Both the position numbers and the translations under genes were made by a program. A stretch of DNA of 12,302 nt from Armatimonadota bacterium (GTDB taxonomy: Bacteria > Armatimonadota > Hebobacteria > CAIYQO01), in the NCBI GenBank assembly GCA_038248345.1, contig JBBRXO010000083.1, positions 1-12,302 of the forward strand, written 5' to 3'. The notes under the pieces are model-generated. The model was not told the origin of the DNA and searched no databases. It worked only from the letters and a program-made list of their open reading frames with translations. Shown piece after piece: positions 1 through 7,986 of this stretch; the first letter of the stretch is position 1, and the number at the start of each line of letters is the position of its first letter.

Positions 1-70
1 CGTCGGCATAAGTTTTGCAAGGTGCCGTCCAGACGCTTCTGTTTTGACAACTTACATCGGGACGCAGTAC

Positions 71-86
71 TCATGGGCGGGACGCC
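71..86. repeat. REP-like palindromic repeat, CATGGGCGGGACGCC family (partial copy)
   Basis: tcatgggcgggacgcc is the exact reverse complement of ggcgtcccgcccatga at 4703-4718. A further partial copy, gacgcccatgctac, lies at 9554-9567. Confidence 0.6.
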
Positions 87-97
87 TGCGTACCCAG

Positions 98-167
98 TGT
101 AGCCTGAGCCCGGCGTGACGCGCCTGTTCATTATTGCGAATACGCGCCACGGCGGGCGCGGGCTACA
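98..167. repeat. GTAG-type REP doublet (REPIN-like inverted pair)
   Basis: tgtagcctgagcccggcgtgacgcg (98-122) and cgcgccacggcgggcgcgggctaca (143-167) are inverted copies matching at 21/25. The unit is GTAG followed by a GC hairpin. The same family recurs at 3232-3328. Confidence 0.8.
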
Positions 168-202
168 AATTGACGGTAAATGACTCCCAGGAGGCCTTCT
201 CC

Positions 203-226
203 TTTTCGTGCCTTTGTGTCTTCGTG
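203..226. repeat. Degenerate 8-bp tandem repeat (nnTTyGTG x3)
   Basis: ttttcgtg / cctttgtg / tcttcgtg in tandem. Confidence 0.45.
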
Positions 227-253
227 GTTCATTCTAATCACCCCACACCATGC

Positions 254-271
254 ACACATATGTGCTATAAT
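254..271 (+). promoter_or_regulatory. uvrA promoter: extended -10 (TGcTATAAT, 263-271) with overlapping palindrome CACATATGTG (255-264), candidate SOS/LexA operator
   Basis: Perfect TGnTATAAT about 44 nt upstream of the ATG at 315. A perfect 10-bp palindrome overlaps the TG motif. Confidence 0.65.
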
Positions 272-314
272 AATCTGATTCGCCGTGAGGCATTTTTGGT
301 GGAGTGGGTTGGTT

Positions 315-3167
315 ATGGGGCAGAGTTATCTACGTATCCGCGGGGCGCGGGAGAATAATCTTAAGAATATCGATATCGACATCCCGCGGGATCAGCTGGT
401 GGTGATCACTGGGCTTTCCGGGTCGGGCAAGTCGTCGCTGGCGTTTGATACTATCTATGCCGAGGGGCAGCGGCGCTATGTGGAGTCGCTCTCCGCTTAC
501 GCGCGGCAGTTCCTGGGACAGATGGACAAGCCGGATGTGGATATGATCGAGGGGCTATCCCCGGCGGTGAGTATCGACCAGAAGTCCACCACGCGCAACC
601 CGCGCTCCACGGTGGGTACGGTGACGGAGATCTATGACCACCTGCGCCTGCTTTACGCGCGTATTGGCGAGCAGCATTGCTATCAGTGCGGGCAACCTAT
701 CGCCGCGCAGACGTTGGAGCAGATCGTCGACCAGGTGACGATACTGCCCGAGGGCACGAAACTGCTGATCCTCGGCCCGGTGATCCGCGGGCGCAAGGGG
801 GAGTACCGCAGCATCCTGGAGGATATCCGCAAACAGGGCTTCCTGCGCGTGCGCGTGGACGGCGTGGTGCATGACATCAGCGATCCTATTGAGATGGAGC
901 GCTACAAGAAGCACACCATCGAAGTGGTGGTAGACCGCGTGGTGGTAAAACCGGATATCCGCAGTCGGCTGGCGGAGTCGCTGGAGACGGCGCTGAAAAT
1001 CGGCCAGGGGATCGCCTCGGTACAAATAATCGATGGCGAGGAGCTGACCTTCAGCGAGAGCGCCGCCTGCCTCACCTGCGGCATCAGCTTTGAGGAGCTG
1101 GCACCGCGCGCCTTCAGCTTCAACAGCCCCTACGGCGCCTGCCCGGAGTGCATGGGGCTGGGTACGAAGAATGAGCTGGATGAGGACCTCATCATCCCCG
1201 ATACCAGCGTCTCCCTCAACGGCGGAGCGATCCTGCCCTGGCGCGGTATCCGCGGCTGGTACTTCTCTTCTCTCGCCGCCGCCTGCGAGGCGCTGGGTAT
1301 CAGCCTGGATACCCCGGTGCGGGATTTACCCACCGAACAGCTGGAGGTCATCATGCACGGCACTGACGACGACCGCCGCTTCCGCGTGCGCCACCGCAAC
1401 AGCACGGGCCGCCTGCACGTCTACGATGCGCGCTGGCCCGGTGTGGTGAAGCTGATGCAGAAGGAGTTCAACGAGACCAGCAGCGACGACAATCGCGACA
1501 ATATCAACCAGTTCATGCGCGTGAAGCCCTGCCCGGCGTGCAACGGCAAGCGGCTGAAACCGGAGATGCTGGCGGTATATCTGGCCGGTATGGACATCTC
1601 GCAGCTCACCTCGCTCTCCATCGGCGATGCGCTGGAGTGGTTTCAAAAGCTGACACTAAACGAGCGCGACGAGACCATCGCCCGGCAGGTGGTGAAGGAA
1701 ATCCGCACGCGGCTGGGGTTCCTGGTGAATGTGGGCCTCAATTACCTCACCGTCGACCGCGCCGCCGCCTCGCTCTCCGGTGGCGAGGCGCAGCGCATCC
1801 GCCTGGCCACGCAGATCGGCAGTGGGCTGATGGGCGTGCTCTATATCCTCGACGAGCCGTCTATCGGGCTGCACCAGCGCGATAATGACCGCCTTATCGA
1901 TACGCTGGAGCACCTGCGCGATGTGGGCAATACCGTCATCGTGGTAGAGCATGACGAGCACACCATGCGTGCCGCCGACTTTGTGGTGGATATCGGCCCC
2001 GGTGCGGGCGAGCACGGCGGGCACGTGGTGGTGGCGGGCACGCCACAGCAGGTGATGGACTGTGCGGAGAGCGTCACCGGCGACTTCCTGGCCGGACGCA
2101 GGCGCGTGGAAGTGCCAGAGAAACGACGGCAGGCAGGCGAGAAATTCATCGAGATCCGCGGCGCACGCGAGCATAACCTGAAGGATGTCACCGTGCGTAT
2201 CCCGCTGGGGATGTTCGTCGCCTTCACCGGCGTATCCGGCAGCGGCAAATCCACTCTCATGCGCGACATCCTCTACAAACGGCTGGTACACCGGCTGCAC
2301 GGCGCACGCACGCTGTGGGGGAAACACGATGAGATACTGGGGCTGGAGCACCTGGACAAGGTGATCGATATCGATCAATCGCCTATCGGGCGCACGCCAC
2401 GCAGCAACCCTGCCACCTACACCGGGGTGTTCGACCTCATCCGCACGCTTTTCTCGCAGACGCCGGAGGCGCGCGTGCGTGGTTACAAGCCGGGGCGCTT
2501 CAGCTTCAACGTGAAAGGAGGGCGCTGCGAGGCGTGCAAGGGCGACGGCATCATCAAAATAGAGATGCACTTCCTGCCCGACGTCTACGTCCCCTGCGAG
2601 GTATGCAAGGGCGCGCGCTACAACCGCGAGACGCTGCAGGTGCACTACAAGCATAAAACAATCGGCGACGTACTCAACATGACGGTGGCGGAAGGGCTGG
2701 AACTCTTCAAAAACCTGCCCCAGATCGAGCGCAAGCTGAAGACGCTGGTGGATGTGGGACTGGACTACATCCACCTGGGGCAACCCGCCACCACACTCTC
2801 CGGCGGCGAGGCGCAACGCATCAAGCTCGCCAGCGAGCTATCGCGGCGCGGCACCGGGCAGACGCTCTACCTGCTGGACGAGCCCACCACCGGCCTGCAC
2901 TTCGCCGACATCGAGCGCCTCCTCGGCGTGCTGCAACGCCTGGTAGACACCGGCAACACCGTGGTAGTGATCGAGCACAACCTAGATGTGATCAAACAAG
3001 CCGACCACATAATAGACCTCGGCCCCGAAGGCGGCGCGCGCGGCGGCGAAATAGTAACCCAGGGCACCCCCGAAGAAGTGGCCAAAAGCGAGACCAGCCA
3101 CACCGCCCGCTTCCTGCGCGAGGTGCTGGCCCGGGGGGCGGAGCACGTAGCGCGGGTGACGGATTGA
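315..3167 (+). CDS. uvrA: Excinuclease ABC subunit A (UvrA)
   Basis: Typical N-terminus [12 protein letters not shown]. Two Walker A motifs ([16 protein letters not shown]), two LSGGEAQRI signatures, LDEP Walker B motifs and CxxC zinc fingers. Start placed at ATG 315 (GGAG at 301-304) rather than GTG 285. Confidence 0.98.
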   Translation: MGQSYLRIRGARENNLKNIDIDIPRDQLVVITGLSGSGKSSLAFDTIYAEGQRRYVESLSAYARQFLGQMDKPDVDMIEGLSPAVSIDQKSTTRNPRSTVGTVTEIYDHLRLLYARIGEQHCYQCGQPIAAQTLEQIVDQVTILPEGTKLLILGPVIRGRKGEYRSILEDIRKQGFLRVRVDGVVHDISDPIEMERYKKHTIEVVVDRVVVKPDIRSRLAESLETALKIGQGIASVQIIDGEELTFSESAACLTCGISFEELAPRAFSFNSPYGACPECMGLGTKNELDEDLIIPDTSVSLNGGAILPWRGIRGWYFSSLAAACEALGISLDTPVRDLPTEQLEVIMHGTDDDRRFRVRHRNSTGRLHVYDARWPGVVKLMQKEFNETSSDDNRDNINQFMRVKPCPACNGKRLKPEMLAVYLAGMDISQLTSLSIGDALEWFQKLTLNERDETIARQVVKEIRTRLGFLVNVGLNYLTVDRAAASLSGGEAQRIRLATQIGSGLMGVLYILDEPSIGLHQRDNDRLIDTLEHLRDVGNTVIVVEHDEHTMRAADFVVDIGPGAGEHGGHVVVAGTPQQVMDCAESVTGDFLAGRRRVEVPEKRRQAGEKFIEIRGAREHNLKDVTVRIPLGMFVAFTGVSGSGKSTLMRDILYKRLVHRLHGARTLWGKHDEILGLEHLDKVIDIDQSPIGRTPRSNPATYTGVFDLIRTLFSQTPEARVRGYKPGRFSFNVKGGRCEACKGDGIIKIEMHFLPDVYVPCEVCKGARYNRETLQVHYKHKTIGDVLNMTVAEGLELFKNLPQIERKLKTLVDVGLDYIHLGQPATTLSGGEAQRIKLASELSRRGTGQTLYLLDEPTTGLHFADIERLLGVLQRLVDTGNTVVVIEHNLDVIKQADHIIDLGPEGGARGGEIVTQGTPEEVAKSETSHTARFLREVLARGAEHVARVTD

Positions 3168-3175
3168 TCGGGATA

Positions 3176-3399
3176 TTCGCCCTGAAAGGGTGACGAGACG
3201 GGCCAATACGGAGATTGGCGTTCCCAGGAGTTGTAGCCCGCGCCCGCCGTGGCGCGCTGTTGTAAGTAAATCCGCACCCACGGCAGGTTAAATATGACAA
3301 ATACGCGCCACAGCGGGCGCGGGCTACAGAGCGGTGTCCGTGGTATTTGTACCACGTGGTGCGCCCCGTGGCTAGCATCACTGGCCCTTTCAGGGCGAA
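3176..3399. repeat. Composite palindromic element: 15-bp outer inverted repeats enclosing a GTAG REP doublet
   Basis: ttcgccctgaaaggg (3176-3190) and ccctttcagggcgaa (3385-3399) form a perfect inverted repeat. The inner arms at 3232-3256 and 3304-3328 form a 24/25 inverted repeat. Confidence 0.8.
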
Positions 3400-3468
3400 A
3401 GCAAAAACCATTATTGCACTAAAAAATCGATCCATCAATAATTAATGCAAACGTTGTTTGCCGCTTCG

Positions 3469-3507
3469 TGGTAGAATAGAAAAGACTAGCGACTAGCGAC
3501 AAAAGGA
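3469..3507 (+). promoter_or_regulatory. Putative extended -10 (TGgTAGAAT, 3469-3477) and RBS (AAAGGA, 3502-3507) of the LptF/G gene
   Basis: Motif match and spacing to ATG 3513. A short GACTAGC tandem (3484-3500) lies in the leader. Confidence 0.5.
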
Positions 3508-3512
3508 CACTA

Positions 3513-4685
3513 ATGTTTCTCTTTCGGCGTTCTGATAGATATATATTGAAGGAAATGCTGGTACCGGCGGCGGGGGGCATCGTTATGGTGCTGCTTTTGT
3601 TGCTGGGCAATGTCCTTTACGGATTATTGCTGAAGCTCTATGAAGCGAAAGCTCCCGGGGGTGATGTACTGAGGATACTCGGTTACCAGCTGCCGTGGCT
3701 GATGATGCAGGCGATCCCAGCGGCGTTGCTGGTGGGCACGGCACTGGCGTTGAACCGGCTGGAGCGCGAGCGCGAGTTGATGGCTTTTCGCCTCACGGGC
3801 ACCCGCACTATTCGAATCATCGCCCCGTATCTGGTGTTGGGGCTATTTTTCTCCGGCGTACTATATGTCATGCAAGAGACGGTGATACCGGGCACTACCC
3901 GGGCGGCTAACCGGATGTTTTACCAGCTGCAGTGGCGCAACCCGGTGAACCTGGTGCCGCGTGACGTGGTCTTCCGTGCCGACAATCTGTATATCTACGT
4001 CCGCGAGGTGGACAACCGCACTCAGTCGCTCCGCGATATCTCGGTATATCGCCGCGAGCTGGATGGCGGCAATACCTTCATGCGCATCCCGGTGGCCCGC
4101 AATATCAATGGCGAATGGAATGTCATGCCCGACCCGGTCACCAATGAACCCGCCCGTCTATGGTCTTTTGGCCCCAGGGGCGATACTATCAACGTGATGG
4201 AGGTCTTTGGCACGGGTGTGCTCAACCTGCGGAAAGAGGTATATGACTACCTGGCCGAGCCGCCCGCCTCCCCGGAGGAGCTGACGCTGCAACAGCTGCT
4301 GGCGTTGCGCTCTGCCCGCAGCATGAGCACGGGTACCAGTAAAGGTATCACGGGCATGGGGGGGGTAGAGGTGAGCAACGCCATGTCGCTGCAACGCCCG
4401 CAGATCACTTTCTGGCTCCACCGCAAGTTCGCCGCTCCGCTGGCCGCATTGATAGGAATCCTGCTCGCTATCCCGCTGGCCATCCGCTTCGGGCGCGCAG
4501 GCGGCTATGTGGGCCTGCTGGTCTCCGGCGGCGTCGCCTTCGTTTATATTGTGGCGCAACAATGGATGCAAGTACTGGCAGTGAAATCGCAGCCAATGCT
4601 AGACCCGGTACTAGCCGCCTGGGGCCCCGCCGTAGTCTTCGGCCTGATCGGTATTGCGCTGCTGGTTACTATTGAGCGGGTGTAG
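3513..4685 (+). CDS. LptF/LptG (YjgP/YjgQ) family permease
   Basis: N-terminal DRYILKEML, ExELMAFRLTG motif and 3 TM + periplasmic domain (IYVREVD) + 3 TM layout. Also the HRKFAAPLAALIGILLAIPL and LAAWGP motifs of the family. Confidence 0.88.
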   Translation: MFLFRRSDRYILKEMLVPAAGGIVMVLLLLLGNVLYGLLLKLYEAKAPGGDVLRILGYQLPWLMMQAIPAALLVGTALALNRLERERELMAFRLTGTRTIRIIAPYLVLGLFFSGVLYVMQETVIPGTTRAANRMFYQLQWRNPVNLVPRDVVFRADNLYIYVREVDNRTQSLRDISVYRRELDGGNTFMRIPVARNINGEWNVMPDPVTNEPARLWSFGPRGDTINVMEVFGTGVLNLRKEVYDYLAEPPASPEELTLQQLLALRSARSMSTGTSKGITGMGGVEVSNAMSLQRPQITFWLHRKFAAPLAALIGILLAIPLAIRFGRAGGYVGLLVSGGVAFVYIVAQQWMQVLAVKSQPMLDPVLAAWGPAVVFGLIGIALLVTIERV

Positions 4686-4695
4686 CGGTTAGCGT

Positions 4696-4720
4696 TCTCA
4701 TGGGCGTCCCGCCCATGAGA
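4696..4720. repeat. REP-like hairpin ctcatgggcgtcccgcccatgag, possible terminator role downstream of lptF/G
   Basis: tctcatgggcg...cgcccatgaga stem, 11 nt after the stop codon. Confidence 0.65.
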
Positions 4721-4751
4721 ACGGGGTTGATGATGGTGCATCGAATGCCAT

Positions 4752-4883
4752 GGTTTGACCTAACCCCCAGCCCCTTCCCTGCGAGGGAAGGGGTGCCTAC
4801 CCAATATCTACAATTGAAAAACGACCTTGCTCCCCCTTCCCGCGCCGGGAAGGGGGCTGGGGGGTTAGGTCGACCAAGGCTGA
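4752..4883. repeat. About 130-bp double-hairpin repeat (CCCCTTCCC..GGGAAGGGG family), copy 1
   Basis: Outer inverted repeat gacctaacccccagcccc / ggggctggggggttaggtc with two internal hairpins. It aligns to the reverse complement of 9378-9537. Confidence 0.8.
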
Positions 4884-4920
4884 TGAGTCTGAACAGTTAC
4901 GCTATTACCGAACAGATCAT

Positions 4921-4971
4921 AGCGCCCTTCAGGGTGCTTGCCGTTGTTTGCCACGTCCTTTAGGGCGTGGT
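4921..4971. repeat. 51-bp twin-hairpin repeat, copy 1
   Basis: 46/51 identical, in direct orientation, to 9571-9621. Confidence 0.85.
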
Positions 4972-5010
4972 GAAGGTTCCGCCCCGCTTGGGACAAATAG
5001 ATAGCTGGGC

Positions 5011-5035
5011 AACTATTCGGAATTTCCGAATAGTT
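5011..5035. repeat. Perfect 12-bp-arm palindrome AACTATTCGGAA-T-TTCCGAATAGTT
   Basis: Arms 5011-5022 and 5024-5035 are exact reverse complements. Confidence 0.85.
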
Positions 5036-5045
5036 CAATTCTAAA

Positions 5046-5073
5046 AATGGCGGAGTAGCTGGAATTTCAACCC
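5046..5073 (-). mobile_element. Degenerate duplicate of the tRNA-Ser 3' end (att-like site)
   Basis: aatggcggagtagctggaatttcaaccc vs 9645-9672 aatggcggagagggcgggattcgaaccc: 21/28 identical with no gaps, first 10 exact. It covers CCA, the acceptor 3' strand and the T-arm. Confidence 0.55.
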
Positions 5074-5140
5074 CAGCAGCATTGAGGTTTCATAACTCCT
5101 CTCACGGCAAACTATTTTCAAAAACACCTCCCCAACCCCC

Positions 5141-5187
5141 TTGACAAAGCCTTTCAACAGTATTACTGTATTACTACACTAACACAG
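5141..5187 (+). promoter_or_regulatory. Sigma70 promoter (TTGACA 5141-5146, 17 bp, TACTGT 5164-5169) with YtrA-type operator CTGTATTA-N6-TAACACAG (5166-5187)
   Basis: Perfect -35 and canonical spacing. The operator fits the TGTnnTA-N6-TAnnACA pattern known for YtrA-subfamily GntR regulators and overlaps the -10/TSS. Confidence 0.8.
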
Positions 5188-5203
5188 TTAGTCAGGTAGT
5201 ATT

Positions 5204-5590
5204 ATGAGATTTGATGTTGATATCACCAGCGCCACGCCGATATATGCGCAACTTGTTGCGCAGGTGAAGCGCGCGCTGGCCACCGGGGCGCTGCGGGCGG
5301 GGGATTCATTGCCTTCCCTGCGTGAGTTGGCGGCGCAGTTGCGCGTGAACCCACTGACGGTGGCACGTGGGTACCGTGAATTAGAGCAACTGGGGATAAT
5401 CGTAACCGAGCGCGGACGCGGGAGCTACATAGGCACCCAGGCACCGGAGCAGAGCGCACAATTCCGCCGCGAGGTACTGCAACAGGCGATAGACCAGCTA
5501 CTGCAGGAGGCGCACCGTCTGGGCGCCAGCGCCGCCGAAGTGCAGCAGCTACTGGCTGCACAAATTACCGACACGAAGGAATCTGTATGA
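5204..5590 (+). CDS. GntR-family transcriptional regulator, YtrA subfamily
   Basis: PIYAQL...LRAGDSLPSLRELAAQLRVNPLTVARGYRELEQLG...RGRGSYI winged HTH. Short 128-aa size and position upstream of an ABC ATPase. Confidence 0.95.
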   Translation: MRFDVDITSATPIYAQLVAQVKRALATGALRAGDSLPSLRELAAQLRVNPLTVARGYRELEQLGIIVTERGRGSYIGTQAPEQSAQFRREVLQQAIDQLLQEAHRLGASAAEVQQLLAAQITDTKESV

Positions 5591-5631
5591 AGGAAAAACA
5601 GACTACGTTGATAGCCGTAGACCAGCCGTGA
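5587..5631 (+). CDS. Putative 14-aa small ORF (MKEKQTTLIAVDQP), translationally coupled to GntR
   Basis: ATGA overlap with the GntR stop and AAGGA RBS at 5576-5580. TGA at 5629-5631. Confidence 0.3.
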   Translation: MKEKQTTLIAVDQP

Positions 5632-5685
5632 AACTAGGAACTAGGAACTAGGAACTAGAAACTAGGAACTAGAAACTAGGAACTA
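5630..5685. repeat. Heptamer tandem repeat G(G/A)AACTA x8
   Basis: Units: GAAACTA, GGAACTA x3, GAAACTA, GGAACTA, GAAACTA, GGAACTA. Confidence 0.95.
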
Positions 5686-5707
5686 ATCATAGAAGGAGCC
5701 GAAAACC

Positions 5708-6604
5708 ATGAGTAATGATTACGTCATCGAAACTGCGGGGCTGACCCGCCGATTCGGCAAGAAGTTGGCCGTGGATAATCTCACCTTGCAGGTGCCACGC
5801 GGCAGCGTTTTTGCTTTCCTGGGTAAGAACGGCGCGGGGAAGACTACCACCATCCGCATGTTGCTTAACCTGCTGGAGAAGAGCAGCGGCACGGCGCGGG
5901 TGCTGGGGCTTGACCCGGTGAAGGATGAGCTGGAGATCAAGCGGCGCGTGGGCTATGTGGGCGACGGGCAGAAGATGTACGACTGGATGAAAGTGCGCGA
6001 GATCATCTGGTATTGCAAGGGGTTCTACCCCGGCTGGGACGACGCCTTTGTGGCGGAGCTGCTCACCCGGCTGGAGCTGGACCCGGAGGCGAAGATCCGC
6101 AACCTGAGCCGCGGCGAGGAGGCGAAGCTGGCGTTGCTGCTGAGTATGGCCTACAAGCCGGAGCTACTCATCCTGGATGAGCCGACCGCCGGGCTGGACG
6201 TGGTGGTGCGGCGCGACTTCCTGGAGGGGGTGATCGAGCTGATCCAGCAGGAGGGCCGCTCGGTCTTCTTCTCCTCGCACATCGTGCATGAGGTGGAGCG
6301 CGTGGCCGACTGGGTGGGGATAATCGACGCTGGCAAGATGATCTGGTGCTCGCCGCTGGCGGAGCTGAAAGAGAGCGTGCGCCGCATCACCATGACCTTC
6401 GCCGAAGCGCCCAAATCGCTCGACAGCATCCCGCACATCCTGCTGCAGGAGAGCGCCGGCCGCCAGCCCTCGCTGCTGGTCTCGCACTTCAGCGACGCCA
6501 CCCTGGCGGCAGTGCAGCAGCTCAACCCCACCGACGTAGTGGTGCATGATCTCGGCCTGGAAGACATCTTCGTCGCCATGGTAGGCAAGCCGGAGGAGGC
6601 ATGA
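5708..6604 (+). CDS. ABC transporter ATP-binding protein (YtrB/multidrug ABC-2 type)
   Basis: Walker A GKNGAGKTT, signature LSRGEEAKL, Walker B LLILDEP, H-loop SSH and C-terminal LEDIF. RBS AAGGAG at 5693-5698. Confidence 0.96.
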   Translation: MSNDYVIETAGLTRRFGKKLAVDNLTLQVPRGSVFAFLGKNGAGKTTTIRMLLNLLEKSSGTARVLGLDPVKDELEIKRRVGYVGDGQKMYDWMKVREIIWYCKGFYPGWDDAFVAELLTRLELDPEAKIRNLSRGEEAKLALLLSMAYKPELLILDEPTAGLDVVVRRDFLEGVIELIQQEGRSVFFSSHIVHEVERVADWVGIIDAGKMIWCSPLAELKESVRRITMTFAEAPKSLDSIPHILLQESAGRQPSLLVSHFSDATLAAVQQLNPTDVVVHDLGLEDIFVAMVGKPEEA

Positions 6605-7986
6605 TGAATAAAGGAATTTTTATACGATTGCTCTGGCGCGAGTGGCGGGAGAACTGGCAATTCCTGGTGGTAGGGTGCGGGTTGCCGTTGGTTTGTGCGG
6701 TAGGATATTTATTCGCATCAAGAGACATTCGCGATATGATTCCCGGCTTCGGGATGACATCTGTCTTTAGTATACTTTTCTTTCAGGTTGGTGCGGCAAG
6801 TTATGCGCGTACACCAAAGAGGCAGGGAAGTACAAGATTTCTTCCTATCCCCGTCTGGCAAGAGTACCTATCCATCTATATATTTCCTGCTTTGATTCCT
6901 ATGTTTATGGGTGTGGCACTAGGCGTGATGATGGGGATGACAAATGCAACAGGTTGGAGTCATGTCTATTCATTAGGCGCATGGGTTTTAATCTCGGTAT
7001 TTAGTATTCTGGTTTGTTTCTTTTTAACTACTCTGGCAATCCGAGTCAGTAGTATTTTGATGGGTATATTTTGTGGTTTCGTATACTTTTCCGCGATGTT
7101 TGTGTTTGTAAATAGCGGTGATAAGTTCACTGCAATTCTCCTTCCATGGTTTCTTATGGGATTGGTGATATCGATAATATTTTGGGAAATATGCGTACGG
7201 TATCGACGCTTAGCCATTGGGCGTGTGCTTATTACTATCTTAATGGCAGTTGTACTGTTATTCCCCATCAAAGGTATACGTGAAGGATCAGCTAATCTTA
7301 TTTGGAATGGAAATGATAATCAACTACAAGGAGTAGCAGATACCTATAGTTATAACTTTGTGTATCGTATCACCGGCCAAGAATATGATAATCATAAATT
7401 CGTCTTTGAGGATAGCGCAACCGGTTTTCAACGCATACACCAATTCTCAAAACCGACCATACCTGTTGTTATTAACGACGATGGTACCAGAGTGCTACTT
7501 ATGCAAGAAAGCAGGGGTGAGCTATATGTGCATTTGCTCTGCTGGGAACCGCAGAATGACATAGTTACGAAAATTGCTGATGCACCGCTACGTTGGTTTG
7601 ACTTTAGAAACAATGAATACGGATACAGGCGCAGAACAACATACAATAATAACCGTGTATATTTAGAATTTAATTCTCTCATGACCCGTGGTGGGCAATT
7701 TGATGAAATGATGGTAGAAAAGATGAAGAGAGACAATCCATCGAATGGAATGTTTAATGACAATAATGGTATAGAAAGTCAAGGTGGTGGCAGAGATATT
7801 TGGATGATAGACATGAAACTTGGCAGAGCCAAGTTGGTAACAGGAAATCAGAAAGATTACCTACGGACTGTGATATGGGAAGAAAGCCAGGCAAGTTGTC
7901 TCATTGGAATGAGTAGATATGTCGTTTCATTTCCCTCTATGGACGTTGCAAAGAGTGAATTGCCAATTAGGAGGACGCCACAATGA
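6601..7986 (+). CDS. Putative ABC-2-type permease with C-terminal hydrophilic (beta-rich) domain
   Basis: ATGA overlap with the ATPase. N-terminal RLLWREWRE motif and about 6-7 hydrophobic segments in the first ~225 aa, followed by a hydrophilic domain. Confidence 0.7.
   Translation: MMNKGIFIRLLWREWRENWQFLVVGCGLPLVCAVGYLFASRDIRDMIPGFGMTSVFSILFFQVGAASYARTPKRQGSTRFLPIPVWQEYLSIYIFPALIPMFMGVALGVMMGMTNATGWSHVYSLGAWVLISVFSILVCFFLTTLAIRVSSILMGIFCGFVYFSAMFVFVNSGDKFTAILLPWFLMGLVISIIFWEICVRYRRLAIGRVLITILMAVVLLFPIKGIREGSANLIWNGNDNQLQGVADTYSYNFVYRITGQEYDNHKFVFEDSATGFQRIHQFSKPTIPVVINDDGTRVLLMQESRGELYVHLLCWEPQNDIVTKIADAPLRWFDFRNNEYGYRRRTTYNNNRVYLEFNSLMTRGGQFDEMMVEKMKRDNPSNGMFNDNNGIESQGGGRDIWMIDMKLGRAKLVTGNQKDYLRTVIWEESQASCLIGMSRYVVSFPSMDVAKSELPIRRTPQ

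Noticed and set aside
285..314. GTG start for uvrA
   Set aside because: It has no RBS, lies only a few nt from the likely TSS, and UvrA homology begins just after ATG 315.
1656..2816. 386-aa antisense ORF and other ORFs overlapping uvrA
   Set aside because: Shadow frames produced by high-GC3 codon bias of a clearly real gene, with no recognisable motifs.
3447..3461. GCAAAC-gtt-GTTTGC palindrome upstream of lptF/G
   Set aside because: It could be an operator, but it is short, single-copy and matches no motif I can name.
4700..4963. 87-aa ORF (and 134-358, 2867-3438, 9569-9836 ORFs)
   Set aside because: These are translations of palindromic repeats, uvrA antisense or the tRNA.
5046..5130. 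Second complete tRNA on the - strand
   Set aside because: Only the T-arm and acceptor 3' part resemble a tRNA. I could not fold a D-arm, anticodon arm or pairing 5' acceptor strand.
5630..5685. CRISPR array or DGR interpretation of the repeats
   Set aside because: There are no regularly spaced 23-47-bp repeats with unique spacers and no cas or RT gene. Mismatches between repeat copies are not adenine-specific.
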